A stretch of DNA of 64,000 nt from Candidatus Avelusimicrobium vaccinum (GTDB lineage: Bacteria; Elusimicrobiota; Elusimicrobia; Elusimicrobiales; Elusimicrobiaceae), in the NCBI GenBank assembly GCA_902794895.1, contig CADBIY010000005.1, positions 1 to 64,000 on the forward strand, given 5' to 3'. The notes below the pieces were generated by a model that saw nothing but the letters and a program-made list of their open reading frames with translations, was not told the DNA's origin and did not search any database. Positions 38,255 through 47,868 of the stretch are shown in pieces. The translations under genes and the position numbers were made by a program. The number at the start of each line of letters is the position of its first letter. Position 1 is the stretch's first letter.

Positions 38255-39480
38255 ACTAATTTTTTTACCTCTTCTGTTAAAACGTTCCAAGCGATTTGTT
38301 TTTGTTCGCCTGTTTGTAAATTTTTTAAAGTAACTTGCTGTGACGCCAATTCGTCCGTACCTAAAATAAGCGCGTAGGATGCACCGCAACGATCGGCTTG
38401 TTTCATTTGCCCTTTAATATTTTTATCAAAGAGTCCGCCTTCCGTCCGAATACCCGCCGCGCGTAAGTCTTGCATTAACTGAAAAGCCGTTGTGTTACAA
38501 GATTTATCCATAGATACAAAATAAACTGTTTTGGCACGGGCTTGCTCTACCTCAGCGCGGGACATAATCACACGCTCTGCGCCCATGGCCCAGCCAATAG
38601 CCGGAGTTGCCGGGCCGCCCATATTTTTAATAAGGGTATCATACCGGCCGCCGGCGGCAATGGCATTTTGGGAAGTATCTCCCGCCTGAAATTCAAAAAC
38701 GGTACGCGAGTAATAGTCCAGTCCGCGCACGAGCATGGGATCGACTTCAAAATCAATTTTTCCCTTAAGCAAGGCCTGTACTTCGTCAAAATGGGCTTGG
38801 CATTCCGGGCAGAGTTGCAAGGTAGGCACGCGCCCGGTAAAGCGGGCACCGTCTATTTTGCAATCTAATACACGAAGTGGGTTTTTTTCAAGACGCGTTT
38901 GGCAATTTTCACACAAGGTGTCTTTTTCTTTAGAAAGGAAATCAATGAGTGCCTGACGGTAAAGCGGGCGGCATTTATCGCACCCTAAACTATTAATTTT
39001 TACTTGATAGTTTTTGGCACCAAATTTAGCCACAATATCTTTTAACATCAAAATAACTTCCGCGTCTGCCGCCGGAGCCGAGTTGCCGATATATTCCGCG
39101 CCAATTTGTTCAAATTCGCGGTAACGCCCGGCTTGCGGACGTTCGGCCCGAAACATATTTCCTATATAATAAAATTTTTGGACCGGCGCATTTTGAACGA
39201 AATTATTTTCCAAATAAGCGCGAACCACCCCGGGTGTTCCTTCCGGGCGAATTGCCAATTGCCGATGTCCGGCATCTTCAAACGCATACATTTCTTTTTG
39301 GACAATATCGGTTGTCTCGCCGGTAGACTTAATAAACAATTCTTTTAATTCTACCGTCGGTAAACGGAGTTCACTGAATCCATATAAGGAAAATACGCCG
39401 CGTGCGCAATTCTCTAATTCTGTAAAATTTTTGGATTGGGGTTCAAAAATATCGCGGAAACCCCGGACTAGTTTTGCCAT
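38251..39480 (-). CDS. hisS: Histidine--tRNA ligase
   Basis: MAKLVRGFRDIF N-terminus, class IIa motifs (FRAERPQAGRYREF, GGRYD), 409 aa. Confidence 0.95.
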   Translation of the reverse strand: MAKLVRGFRDIFEPQSKNFTELENCARGVFSLYGFSELRLPTVELKELFIKSTGETTDIVQKEMYAFEDAGHRQLAIRPEGTPGVVRAYLENNFVQNAPVQKFYYIGNMFRAERPQAGRYREFEQIGAEYIGNSAPAADAEVILMLKDIVAKFGAKNYQVKINSLGCDKCRPLYRQALIDFLSKEKDTLCENCQTRLEKNPLRVLDCKIDGARFTGRVPTLQLCPECQAHFDEVQALLKGKIDFEVDPMLVRGLDYYSRTVFEFQAGDTSQNAIAAGGRYDTLIKNMGGPATPAIGWAMGAERVIMSRAEVEQARAKTVYFVSMDKSCNTTAFQLMQDLRAAGIRTEGGLFDKNIKGQMKQADRCGASYALILGTDELASQQVTLKNLQTGEQKQIAWNVLTEEVKKLV

Positions 39481-39487
39481 ATAAGAT

Positions 39488-39496
39488 ATTTTAGCA
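39488..39496 (-). promoter_or_regulatory. Extended -10 TGCTAAAAT, 7 nt upstream of the hisS ATG (leaderless or near-leaderless candidate)
   Basis: Minus strand TGCTAAAAT-ATCTTAT-ATGGCAAAA; no SD. Confidence 0.45.
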
Positions 39497-39574
39497 TTTT
39501 TATATGCGTACGAACGGGCAGAAAGGCCTATAAACGCCGTTGGAAGAAGAGAACTTTTTTTTCATTTTCAGATA

Positions 39575-39583
39575 TGCTATAAT
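39575..39583 (+). promoter_or_regulatory. Extended -10 TGCTATAAT for tRNA-Ala
   Basis: Its 3' end lies 32 nt upstream of the first tRNA nucleotide at 39616. Confidence 0.5.
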
Positions 39584-39615
39584 GAATATGTTGTTAGTAA
39601 AGTATACCGTTTTTC

Positions 39616-39688
39616 GGGCGTGTAGCTCAGCTGGGAGAGCGCCTCGTTCGCAACGAGGAGGTCGTCGGTTCGATCCCGATCACGTCCA
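39616..39688 (+). tRNA. tRNA-Ala (anticodon CGC)
   Basis: Hand-folded: GGGCGTG TA GCTC AGCTGGGA GAGC G CCTCG TTCGCAA CGAGG AGGTC GTCGG TTCGATC CCGAT CACGTCC A. The G3:U70 alanine identity pair is present. CCA is not encoded. Confidence 0.9.
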
Positions 39689-40040
39689 AAATTTAGAAAC
39701 CCTACACAAGTAGGGTTTTTTAATTTTATGCTTGAGCGAACCGAAAGACCGACGAAGTTGCATTCACGAGGTGCGTTTCGCTTCCGAAGTGAAGTAACGA
39801 GGAGGTTGTTGTCGCCGTCTGCAAGACTCCCGATCACGTCCAAAATTTAGAAACCCTACACAAGTAGGGTTTTTTAATTTTAGTCTAAGCATACAGAAAG
39901 ACCAACGAAGTTGCGAACCCGGAGGCGCGGTTGTTCTGCCTGCGAAGTGAAGCAACGAGGAGGGCTCTCGCCCGTCCGGCAAGGACTCCCGATCACGTCC
40001 AAAATTTAAAAGTCCTGCGTAAAGCGGGGCTTTTTTATTT
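39674..40040 (+). repeat. tRNA-linked tandem repeat: the 3' end of tRNA-Ala plus its terminator is repeated three times (period 154 and 159 nt)
   Basis: The 55-nt unit TCCCGATCACGTCCAAAATTTAGAAACCCTACACAAGTAGGGTTTTTTAATTTTA occurs at 39674-39728 and identically at 39828-39882. A third copy starts at 39987 with a diverged terminator. The ~100-nt spacers are related to each other and retain AACGAGGAGG from the tRNA anticodon-stem region. Confidence 0.85.
39698..39721 (+). terminator. Intrinsic terminator directly after tRNA-Ala
   Basis: AACCCTAC-ACAA-GTAGGGTT-TTTT. Confidence 0.75.
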
Positions 40041-40089
40041 TCTTCTAAAAAGATAAAATAAATATATATCTATTTTTACGAGGACTTCT

Positions 40090-41388
40090 ATGTTAAATAA
40101 AATTCGTGTTAAAGATGTAGGCCAATACTTAGGCCAAGAAATTAAACTTCACGGATGGCTGTATAACAAACGCTCCAGCGGAAAACTTCACTTTTTGCAA
40201 TTGCGTGACGGCAGCGGCATCATCCAATGCGTGATGTTCAAAGGCGAAGTATCGCCGGAACAATTTGACCTGGGTGATAAAGTTACCCAAGAATCGTCTA
40301 TTATCGTAACCGGTACCGTGCGCGAGGATAAACGCTCTCCCCTCGGTTTTGAACTGGGCGTAAAAAATTTAGAAGTGTTACAAATGGCGAAAGATTACCC
40401 CATTACCCCCAAAGAACACGGTCCGGAATTTTTAATGCACAACCGTCATTTGTGGCTGCGCTCGGCGCGCCAAAGTGCTATTTTGCGCATTCGCGACGAA
40501 ATCATTTTTGCCATTCGCGAATACTTTCACAAAAATGGTTTTATTTTAGCAGACTCCCCCATTTTAACACCCGCCGCTTGCGAAGGGACAAGTACGTTGT
40601 TTGAAACCGATTACTTCGGCGAAAAGGCCTTCTTATCCCAAAGCGGACAATTATATGGCGAAGCCTCTGCCATGGCTTTAGGAAAAATTTACTGTTTCGG
40701 GCCGACTTTCCGCGCAGAAAAATCAAAAACACGCCGCCATTTAACGGAATTTTGGATGGTGGAACCGGAAGTTGCCTATAACGATTTAGATGATAATATG
40801 GATTTGGCCGAAGACTTTATCAAATACGTGGTCGGTCAAGTGCTCAAAAACCGCGCGGACGATTTAAAAACGCTCGGGCGTGATACTTCTAAATTGCAAG
40901 CCACGGTAGAGAAAAAATTTCCGCGCATTGATTATACCGATGCGATTGAAATTCTCCATAAAAAAGGAAACAACACCGAATGGGGTGGCGACATTGGCGG
41001 CGACGAGGAAACCTTACTCGGAGAAGACTATGATACCCCTATTATGATTCACCGCTATCCGGCCGCTATTAAAGCGTTTTACATGAAACGCGATCCCAAA
41101 AATCCAAAAGTAGTATTGGCGGTAGACGTTATCGGTCCCGAAGGAGCCGGCGAAATTATCGGCGGCAGTGAAAGAGAAGCCGATTACGAAGCCTTACTCG
41201 CCCGGATTAAAGAGCAAGGGCTTGATCCGCAAGGCTACGATTGGTATTTAGACCTGCGCAAATACGGCAGCGTGCCGCATGCCGGGTTTGGTATGGGAAT
41301 TGAACGTATGGTACGCTGGGTATGTGGACTTCAACACGTTCGGGAAACAATTCCTTTCCCGCGTATGATGGACAAAATCCGCCCGTAA
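40090..41388 (+). CDS. asnS: Asparagine--tRNA ligase
   Basis: 432 aa, class IIb core ([28 protein letters not shown]), SD GAGGA. Confidence 0.95.
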   Translation: MLNKIRVKDVGQYLGQEIKLHGWLYNKRSSGKLHFLQLRDGSGIIQCVMFKGEVSPEQFDLGDKVTQESSIIVTGTVREDKRSPLGFELGVKNLEVLQMAKDYPITPKEHGPEFLMHNRHLWLRSARQSAILRIRDEIIFAIREYFHKNGFILADSPILTPAACEGTSTLFETDYFGEKAFLSQSGQLYGEASAMALGKIYCFGPTFRAEKSKTRRHLTEFWMVEPEVAYNDLDDNMDLAEDFIKYVVGQVLKNRADDLKTLGRDTSKLQATVEKKFPRIDYTDAIEILHKKGNNTEWGGDIGGDEETLLGEDYDTPIMIHRYPAAIKAFYMKRDPKNPKVVLAVDVIGPEGAGEIIGGSEREADYEALLARIKEQGLDPQGYDWYLDLRKYGSVPHAGFGMGIERMVRWVCGLQHVRETIPFPRMMDKIRP

Positions 41389-41403
41389 ACAAATTAGTTT
41401 AAT

Positions 41404-41440
41404 AAAAAAACTGGTCCATCTGTTATGGGCCAGTTTTTTT
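41404..41440. terminator. Bidirectional terminator between asnS and the ankyrin gene
   Basis: AAAAAAA-CTGGTCCA-TCTGTTA-TGGGCCAG-TTTTTTT. Confidence 0.75.
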
Positions 41441-41467
41441 ACTGTTTCTTAAATGATCACAATGACT

Positions 41468-43210
41468 TTATTTTTTCGTACCAGTCAGTTTTTTTGCATT
41501 GACTACCTTGGTTTTACATTGGCTCATCAAATCTACCGGAGATTGCCACCCTAACAGGTTATTTTGAGTGCTGCGTTGCCCCGGTTTTGCACCGATAGAA
41601 ACTAAATAATCATACATTTCTTTATTGCAATCTAAAGCAGCAAAACCTAAAGGCGACATTTGTTGCTTTTGCCCTGCCGGGAATGCTTTATATTCTAACA
41701 TTAAGGCAAGCCGCCCTTCCCTACGGGCCAACTCCACTAAATGCTTCAACATATCCATATTCTGGGTCTTCACCGCAACATGGAATACGTTTCCTTTCCC
41801 TGAGGCCTCAAACAGACGGGCGGCATTATCCAATAAATAATCCACCATTTCCTGATGCCCGTTTTCAACGGCTACTAACAACGGAGTATCCCCTTCCCTA
41901 TTTTTATCAAACACCACGGCTTTATTCAAATTGATAACCCGGCGCGCTAAGTTAACATCTCCGGTTTGAGCCGCTTTAAAAATATCTTTGTCCGTAATTT
42001 CTTCTTCTTTTTTATCCGTAAATTCCGGCAATTCCCGCCCTTCCGCACGGGCTTTTTCCCGCAAGGCATTATTATCTTCTTCAATTACACTATTTTTTAC
42101 TTCTGTCAAATTCTTCTCGAACCAGGGCAATACTTGCGTACGGTTATTTTTTTGGGCAATTCTATACGGAATCAAACCGTCTTTTGCAGCAAGGGTAGTA
42201 TCCGCATCTGCGGCAATCAACCGTCGCACTACCTCTTCATTTCCTTTGGCCGCCGCCCAATATAAGGCAGTCTGCCCCAATTTATTTTGGGCATCAATAT
42301 CAATGGGGGCTTGCAAAGATTGAGGGGTTAATAATTCTTTCACCACCTCCGGATGATTATACCGCGCCGCATAAATGAGGGAAGTATTTCCATCACTATT
42401 TGCCGCATTCACATCCGCCCGATAAGCAAGCAAGGCCCGAACACTATTCACATCCCCCAGTGAGGAAGAAATAATCAGCGGCGTATTATTCTTTTCGTTA
42501 CGCACATTGGGATCTATCCCGCCTTTTAACATAGCAAGGACACCCATGTAGTTTTTCTTAGCAGCGGCTCTAAATAAATAATCGGCGCTTAACCCTTCCC
42601 GCACCCCGCTGGATAAAAACAAATCAATAAGTTCCCCTTTTTGCTTTTCCAACGCTAAAAACAACGGAGTATGGTTATAATTATTTTTGACGTTAATATC
42701 CGCGCCGGAATATACTAACTGACGTGCAATTTCCACATTATCTGCATAATATAAACTGCGTAGCAGCGCCGTATCTTTTGTGAAAGCATTTGCTTTATTA
42801 ACATCCGCGCCGGCTAAAATCAATTGGCGCACCGCTTCGTCATTGTTAAGCGTAGCCGCCACCATCAGTAACGTATCCCCTTTACTGTTCACAATATTTA
42901 AATTGGAGCCTACTTCCTGATCTAAAAATTCAATAAATCCAGCCGTATCACGTTTTTGTAAAAGCGTGGTTGCTTCGTCTGCAATTTCAATGGGCGTTTT
43001 CACGGTAACAATTTTATCGTACTTGCCTTTTTTCTTAGCGGGCGAATACCCACTTTTAAACGTAAATGCCAGTAATAATAGCACCGGAATGGCTGCAATA
43101 ATTCCTAAAGCCACCCATGGCTTTTGTTTAACTACTTTCAAAGCATTCACTTCTTTCCGTTCCGATTTAGAAGCAGTGATATGTGTAGATGTGTTTTTCC
43201 GTAAAGGCAT
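41468..43210 (-). CDS. Membrane-anchored ankyrin-repeat protein
   Basis: One N-terminal TM helix (WVALGIIAAIPVLLLLAF), then ~10 ANK-like units (GDTLLMVAATLNNDEAVRQLILAGADVN, NNTPLIISSSLGDVNSVRALLAYRADVN, and others). Confidence 0.8.
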   Translation of the reverse strand: MPLRKNTSTHITASKSERKEVNALKVVKQKPWVALGIIAAIPVLLLLAFTFKSGYSPAKKKGKYDKIVTVKTPIEIADEATTLLQKRDTAGFIEFLDQEVGSNLNIVNSKGDTLLMVAATLNNDEAVRQLILAGADVNKANAFTKDTALLRSLYYADNVEIARQLVYSGADINVKNNYNHTPLFLALEKQKGELIDLFLSSGVREGLSADYLFRAAAKKNYMGVLAMLKGGIDPNVRNEKNNTPLIISSSLGDVNSVRALLAYRADVNAANSDGNTSLIYAARYNHPEVVKELLTPQSLQAPIDIDAQNKLGQTALYWAAAKGNEEVVRRLIAADADTTLAAKDGLIPYRIAQKNNRTQVLPWFEKNLTEVKNSVIEEDNNALREKARAEGRELPEFTDKKEEEITDKDIFKAAQTGDVNLARRVINLNKAVVFDKNREGDTPLLVAVENGHQEMVDYLLDNAARLFEASGKGNVFHVAVKTQNMDMLKHLVELARREGRLALMLEYKAFPAGQKQQMSPLGFAALDCNKEMYDYLVSIGAKPGQRSTQNNLLGWQSPVDLMSQCKTKVVNAKKLTGTKK

Positions 43211-43225
43211 AAAACAAATTCCTAA

Positions 43226-43891
43226 CTACTTGGATAAGATTTCAAATGCGTGTTGTGCGGCGGATTGTTCTGCTAATTTTTTATTATGACCTTTCCCGAC
43301 GCCCAACGGTTTTCCGTTCATACTTACTTGCACGGTAAACGTCTTGTCATGCTCGGGGCCTACCGTTTGAATTACTTCGTACACCGGGGTCGTTTTTCCT
43401 TGTTTTTGTAAGAATTCTTGCAAAATACTTTTAAAATCCCGCACATCAGGCGTTAATTTTTGGTTATGAACCCAAGGCAATATAACTGTTTCCGCGGCCG
43501 TATATCCGCCATCCAGATAGACTGCACCAATAACGGCTTCTACCGCATTGGAAATAATACTATCCCGTTCGCGTCCGCCGGTTACTAATTCGCCATGTCC
43601 CAAACTAATAAATTGCCCCAAATTCAACTGTTTGCCCCATAAATACAAATTCCGGCGGGAAACTAACTTAGACTTTATTTTAGAAAGCACTCCCTCTTCA
43701 TCATGGGGACATTGGTTGTAGATATAATCCGCAACAATGGCTCCCAAAATACTGTCCCCCAGGAATTCCAGCCGTTCGTTGTGCTTTACACCACGACGCT
43801 CCCCAGCAAAGGACTTGTGAGTGAGTGCTTCCTTTAAAAGTTCTTTGTTTTTAAAGCAATATCCGATAATCGGCTCAAGATCGGTATACAC
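43226..43891 (-). CDS. rnc: Ribonuclease III
   Basis: NERLEFLGDSILG signature and a C-terminal dsRBD; 221 aa. Confidence 0.95.
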   Translation of the reverse strand: MYTDLEPIIGYCFKNKELLKEALTHKSFAGERRGVKHNERLEFLGDSILGAIVADYIYNQCPHDEEGVLSKIKSKLVSRRNLYLWGKQLNLGQFISLGHGELVTGGRERDSIISNAVEAVIGAVYLDGGYTAAETVILPWVHNQKLTPDVRDFKSILQEFLQKQGKTTPVYEVIQTVGPEHDKTFTVQVSMNGKPLGVGKGHNKKLAEQSAAQHAFEILSK

Positions 43892-43893
43892 TT

Positions 43894-44139
43894 TTATTTT
43901 TTGGCGTTTTGAGAAATATAATCAATGGCTTCGCCGACCGTTTTAATTTTTTCGGCTTTTTCATCCGGAATTTCTACATCAAATTCTTCTTCCAACGCCA
44001 TAATTAATTCTACCGTATCCAAAGAATCGGCACCCAAGTCGTTTACGAATTGAGCTTCCGGTTTCACTTGATCAGCTTCAACACCTAATTGTTCTACAAT
44101 GATGTTTTTTACTCTTTCTTGTACGTTTTCTACAGACAT
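43894..44139 (-). CDS. acpP: Acyl carrier protein
   Basis: [19 protein letters not shown] phosphopantetheine site. Confidence 0.95.
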   Translation of the reverse strand: MSVENVQERVKNIIVEQLGVEADQVKPEAQFVNDLGADSLDTVELIMALEEEFDVEIPDEKAEKIKTVGEAIDYISQNAKK

Positions 44140-44187
44140 GTTGTCCTCCGTATTTTTAAAAAGGTTAGGCCCTTTCTTTAAATCCAG

Positions 44188-44931
44188 TTACATATACAAC
44201 CCGCCGTTAACGGCGAGCACATGCCCCGTAATATACGAAGCATCTTCGCTTGCCAAAAACAAAACAGCTTTGGCAATATCTTGCGCGGTGGCAAATCGCT
44301 TCAAGGCGATTGAATCCAACGCTTTCGTTTTTACATCTTCCGGAAGTGCATCCGTCATTGCAGTTTGCACAAAACCGGGAGTTACGGCATTGACCCGCAC
44401 CTGGCGGGATCCAAATTCTTTTGCAAAGGTTTTTGTAAGGCCAATAATTCCTGCCTTGCTGGCCACATAATTGGCTTGCCCGGCATTACCCATTTCTCCA
44501 ACTACGGAAGAAATGTTAACAATGTTACCGGTTCGTTTTTTAAACATTACTTTTAAGGCTGCTTTTGACATGAAAAACGTTCCTTTTAAATTCACGTCAA
44601 TCACCGCATCCCAATCCGCTTCATTCATGCGGACGGTTAAGTTATCTTTTGTAATACCTGCATTATTGACCAATACGTCCAGCGAACCAAAAGCCTGTAC
44701 GGTTTTAGTTACAAAATCGTCACAATCGGCCGGGTTGGCCACATTAACTACCTGGGTATATACTTTTCCGCCAAACGGTTGTAACGTTTCTGCGGCAACA
44801 GCCAGAGAAGATTCATTCGTGGCACATATCGCCACATTAGCCCCGGCCTGTGCAAATGCTTGTGCGATATTTAATCCGATTCCACGGGATCCACCGGTTA
44901 CAATAATATTTTTTCCTTTAAAATCTGCCAT
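44188..44931 (-). CDS. fabG: 3-oxoacyl-ACP reductase
   Basis: SDR motifs TGGSRGIG and YVASKAG; 247 aa, in the fatty-acid cluster. Confidence 0.9.
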   Translation of the reverse strand: MADFKGKNIIVTGGSRGIGLNIAQAFAQAGANVAICATNESSLAVAAETLQPFGGKVYTQVVNVANPADCDDFVTKTVQAFGSLDVLVNNAGITKDNLTVRMNEADWDAVIDVNLKGTFFMSKAALKVMFKKRTGNIVNISSVVGEMGNAGQANYVASKAGIIGLTKTFAKEFGSRQVRVNAVTPGFVQTAMTDALPEDVKTKALDSIALKRFATAQDIAKAVLFLASEDASYITGHVLAVNGGLYM

Positions 44932-45972
44932 TTAATTCTCCTGGTGGATTTCCTTTTCTAACGCGGTAAACGTAGGTTCTAAAGCAGCCATTTTTGCCGC
45001 AACATCGCCAATAAAATCTTTTTCAACTAACCGGGCAGCAGTCTTTAAAGCATTGAAAATAGCCACCTGGTTTGAACGGCCATGAGCGATAATTGCCACT
45101 CCGTTCACGCCCACCAAGGGGGCTCCTCCGTACACATCTGGATTCGTGTGGTCTTTAACGGCCTTAAATGCACCTTTTGATAATAAAGCACCCAGTATGG
45201 CTAACGGGCGTTTTTTTACTTCGCGCTTAATCATTTGAATCATTGTTTTGGCCAAACCTTCCGCCATTTTCAGCACGATATTTCCCACAAATCCGTCACA
45301 AACAATTACATCCGTATCCCCCGTGTTTACATCACGTCCTTCAATGGTTCCCCGGAAATTAATACCAATCTCACGCATATGCGGGACGGTATGTTTCACA
45401 AGCATATTTCCTTTTGTTTCTTCTTCCCCAATAGAAAGAATACCTACCGAAGGAGCCGGGATATCAAACACTTTTTGCATATAGGCAGAACCCATCACGG
45501 CAAATTGCAATAAATGGATGGGTTTGCAATCCGCATTCGCCCCGCCGTCTAACAAAAGACTCACCCCTTTATAAGTGGGCATAGGCGTTGCAATCGCAGG
45601 GCGTTGCACTCCTTTAATACGTCCCATCCCAAACAAAGCAGCCACCATAGCCGCCCCGGAATGCCCAGCAGATACAAACGCATCCGCTTCGCCTTTGCGC
45701 ACCAAATTAGCACATACCACAATGCTAGCATCTTTTTTTTGGCGACATTCTTTGGCGGGTTCGGCTCCCATATCAATTGTATTGGGAGCATGCACGATAG
45801 ATAAACCCTTAGGCAGTTTAGCATATCCTTTTTCTTGGAATGCCCGACGCAATACGGCCTCATCCCCCACCAAGATAATTTCAATCTTTAATTTCTTGAT
45901 GGCTTCCAAAGCGCCCTCAATATTGGGGGCTGCGCCAAAATCACCGCCTAAGGCGTCCAGAGCTATTTTCAT
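44932..45972 (-). CDS. plsX: Phosphate acyltransferase
   Basis: MKIALDALGGDFG N-terminus; 346 aa, next to rpmF. Confidence 0.9.
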   Translation of the reverse strand: MKIALDALGGDFGAAPNIEGALEAIKKLKIEIILVGDEAVLRRAFQEKGYAKLPKGLSIVHAPNTIDMGAEPAKECRQKKDASIVVCANLVRKGEADAFVSAGHSGAAMVAALFGMGRIKGVQRPAIATPMPTYKGVSLLLDGGANADCKPIHLLQFAVMGSAYMQKVFDIPAPSVGILSIGEEETKGNMLVKHTVPHMREIGINFRGTIEGRDVNTGDTDVIVCDGFVGNIVLKMAEGLAKTMIQMIKREVKKRPLAILGALLSKGAFKAVKDHTNPDVYGGAPLVGVNGVAIIAHGRSNQVAIFNALKTAARLVEKDFIGDVAAKMAALEPTFTALEKEIHQEN

Positions 45973-45981
45973 AAGAAAGGG

Positions 45982-46188
45982 CTATTTGGTTTCCGATTCT
46001 TCTTTTTTTATTTTTTGAGCAACGACTACACGGTCTTTATAAAAACCGCAAGACGGGCAAACATTGTGCGGCAAGCGCGGTGCTTTGCAGTTAGGGCAAG
46101 CAACGAGTTGCGGCAATTCTACGCCCGAGTTGTGAGATCTTCTCATATCCCGGCGGGAACGAGTGTGTTTTTTCTTTGGATTCGGCAT
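45982..46188 (-). CDS. rpmF: 50S ribosomal protein L32
   Basis: MPNPKKKHTRSRRDMRRSH with a CxxC...CxxC zinc ribbon. Confidence 0.9.
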   Translation of the reverse strand: MPNPKKKHTRSRRDMRRSHNSGVELPQLVACPNCKAPRLPHNVCPSCGFYKDRVVVAQKIKKEESETK

Positions 46189-46231
46189 TGGTTTATACTC
46201 CTATTTACTCTAGTAAAATTCAATTGAATTA

Positions 46232-46720
46232 TTACTTAAATTTTCCTTTCAATTTTGCGAAAGGCGACAAATTTTCCGGCTTGCAACCGCACGCGGCTTC
46301 ATTCAAATTTTGGCCGCACATCGGACACAGACCCTTACATTCCGGCTTACATAAAAAACGGATGTCTTCGGTCAACGCCAGTGTTTGCCTTACAAGATAC
46401 ATTATATCAATTATTTCTGTTTTAGTGCTATAGGTTTCTAAAAACTCTTCGGCGAATAATTGTTTACTCATGGTTAAACAACGGGCACATTGCACTTCCC
46501 GTTCGCCCGAAATCGTTCCCCGCACTAAAATTTCTTTATTGGCTACAGAAAACGAAAGAGAAACCGCAACTTGCGTAATTTTGTTCGGCAGTTGGAACAC
46601 ATCTTCAAAATAAGCAGGGCTCAATTTGGCAGAGCATTCTAATCCGCCTAAACGAATAATATCAGCCGTTTTAAATTGCAAATCCTGCGGTACATCATAA
46701 TCGTGATAGGTCATATCCAT
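46232..46720 (-). CDS. YceD/DUF177 family protein
   Basis: Conserved position upstream of rpmF. C-terminal Cys cluster CKPECKGLCPMCGQNLN. Confidence 0.8.
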   Translation of the reverse strand: MDMTYHDYDVPQDLQFKTADIIRLGGLECSAKLSPAYFEDVFQLPNKITQVAVSLSFSVANKEILVRGTISGEREVQCARCLTMSKQLFAEEFLETYSTKTEIIDIMYLVRQTLALTEDIRFLCKPECKGLCPMCGQNLNEAACGCKPENLSPFAKLKGKFK

Positions 46721-46762
46721 GTAATTATTTTAGCAAATAATTTATTTCGCACACAGGGGCAT

Positions 46763-47764
46763 TTACCTTACCCCTACTATTTCTTCTAATTTCATTACAT
46801 CAATAAATCCGTTTCCTTGTTTGGCAGGATCAATTCCTTGCACTTGATAAGAAGCCGCTTTTAATGTATTTTTCACTTCTTCCACCGTTGGATAACGCCC
46901 CAGTTTACGCATGAGTCCTTCCACGGCCAGGGCCGCTATGGCACTCACAAACCCTGCCGCCGCAGAAGTACCACTCATTAACGTATATTCCCCATCACTA
47001 TCGGTAGTATAAATCCGGTCGCCGGGAGCAATAAAGTCTAACTGCGGGCCATAAGAAGAATTTGCATAGGCATGCGTTTTGTCCGCTGCCAAAGCCCCCA
47101 CTGCAATGGTAATACCCATACTGGCCGGATAATGTACTCCCGGATAACCGATATTACCGGACGGACATACAATCACAATTCCGTTCTGATAGGCCCGTTC
47201 CAAGGCTTCTGTTAATTGTGCGCTCCCGCCGGGCAATACCCCATAACTCAAATTAAGCACTGACACACGGTTTCCCGGATTTTGCTCGTTGTATGAAACA
47301 ATCGTGTTCACGGCTGCCGTTACTGCTTGCGGCGCAATCATCCGGCTTCCGTCATCAATCTTATAAATAAGGAGTGAAGCCTCCGGAGCAATTCCGGTAA
47401 AACGAATTCCTTTAGCCCCAATAATTCCGGCGACACCCGTTCCGTGGTTTTTAAGATCTGCCATAGAAGAAGAAAGTGTAAAATCTTGTCCTTGAATATG
47501 TTTTCCGTTAAACTCTACATGTGGGGAAATTCCGCTATCCGCAATGGCAACCGTAACGCCGCGCCCCGTCAGTTTTTTATCTTCCGGATACAAACGATAT
47601 GCCCATTGGTTATCAAAAGTTTGTGGGGTAGGAGTCATATCCACCCACGAAAATTCCCCCTCTTCACTTACCCGCATATTGCGCGGACCAATAAATAGGG
47701 TATCTGTTGCTCCGGCCGACATCACACCTAAAAGCATCAACCAACAAATTATTCCTTTTCTCAT
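46763..47764 (-). CDS. Exported S8 (subtilisin-like) serine peptidase
   Basis: Catalytic triad contexts AIADSGI, HGTGVAGII and GTSAAAGFV. Signal peptide present. Confidence 0.85.
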   Translation of the reverse strand: MRKGIICWLMLLGVMSAGATDTLFIGPRNMRVSEEGEFSWVDMTPTPQTFDNQWAYRLYPEDKKLTGRGVTVAIADSGISPHVEFNGKHIQGQDFTLSSSMADLKNHGTGVAGIIGAKGIRFTGIAPEASLLIYKIDDGSRMIAPQAVTAAVNTIVSYNEQNPGNRVSVLNLSYGVLPGGSAQLTEALERAYQNGIVIVCPSGNIGYPGVHYPASMGITIAVGALAADKTHAYANSSYGPQLDFIAPGDRIYTTDSDGEYTLMSGTSAAAGFVSAIAALAVEGLMRKLGRYPTVEEVKNTLKAASYQVQGIDPAKQGNGFIDVMKLEEIVGVR

Positions 47765-47781
47765 AAAAACTCCTTTTATTT

Positions 47782-47790
47782 ATTGTATCA
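47782..47790 (-). promoter_or_regulatory. Extended -10 TGATACAAT for the S8 peptidase gene
   Basis: Minus strand TGATACAAT, then a leader containing SD AAGGAG. Confidence 0.4.
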
Positions 47791-47830
47791 ATTTCACAGA
47801 TTATTTTTTTATGAAAATCCATACACAAAT

Positions 47831-47839
47831 TGCTACAAT
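47831..47839 (+). promoter_or_regulatory. Extended -10 TGCTACAAT for the paralog pair
   Basis: Followed by a ~30-nt leader with SD AAGGAGG. Confidence 0.45.
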
Positions 47840-47868
47840 GTAAGTAAATTTTTAAGGAGGATTGTAAC

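Noticed and set aside
39577-39982. Minus-strand ORFs of 88 and 72 aa across the tRNA-Ala region
   Set aside because: They run antisense through a tRNA gene and its tandem repeats. They have no SD, and their similarity to each other is explained by the DNA repeat.
39616-40040. Integrated mobile element, or a CRISPR-like array, at tRNA-Ala
   Set aside because: The units are only ~155 nt, with no integrase or cargo. The spacers are homologous to each other, unlike CRISPR spacers. The repeats contain a tRNA 3' end plus a terminator, so I report this as a tRNA-linked repeat.
44471-46018. Long plus-strand ORFs (154 aa and 147 aa) antisense to fabG and plsX
   Set aside because: They are fully embedded antisense in strongly recognisable genes. 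Their composition mirrors the sense-strand codons, and there are no translation signals.
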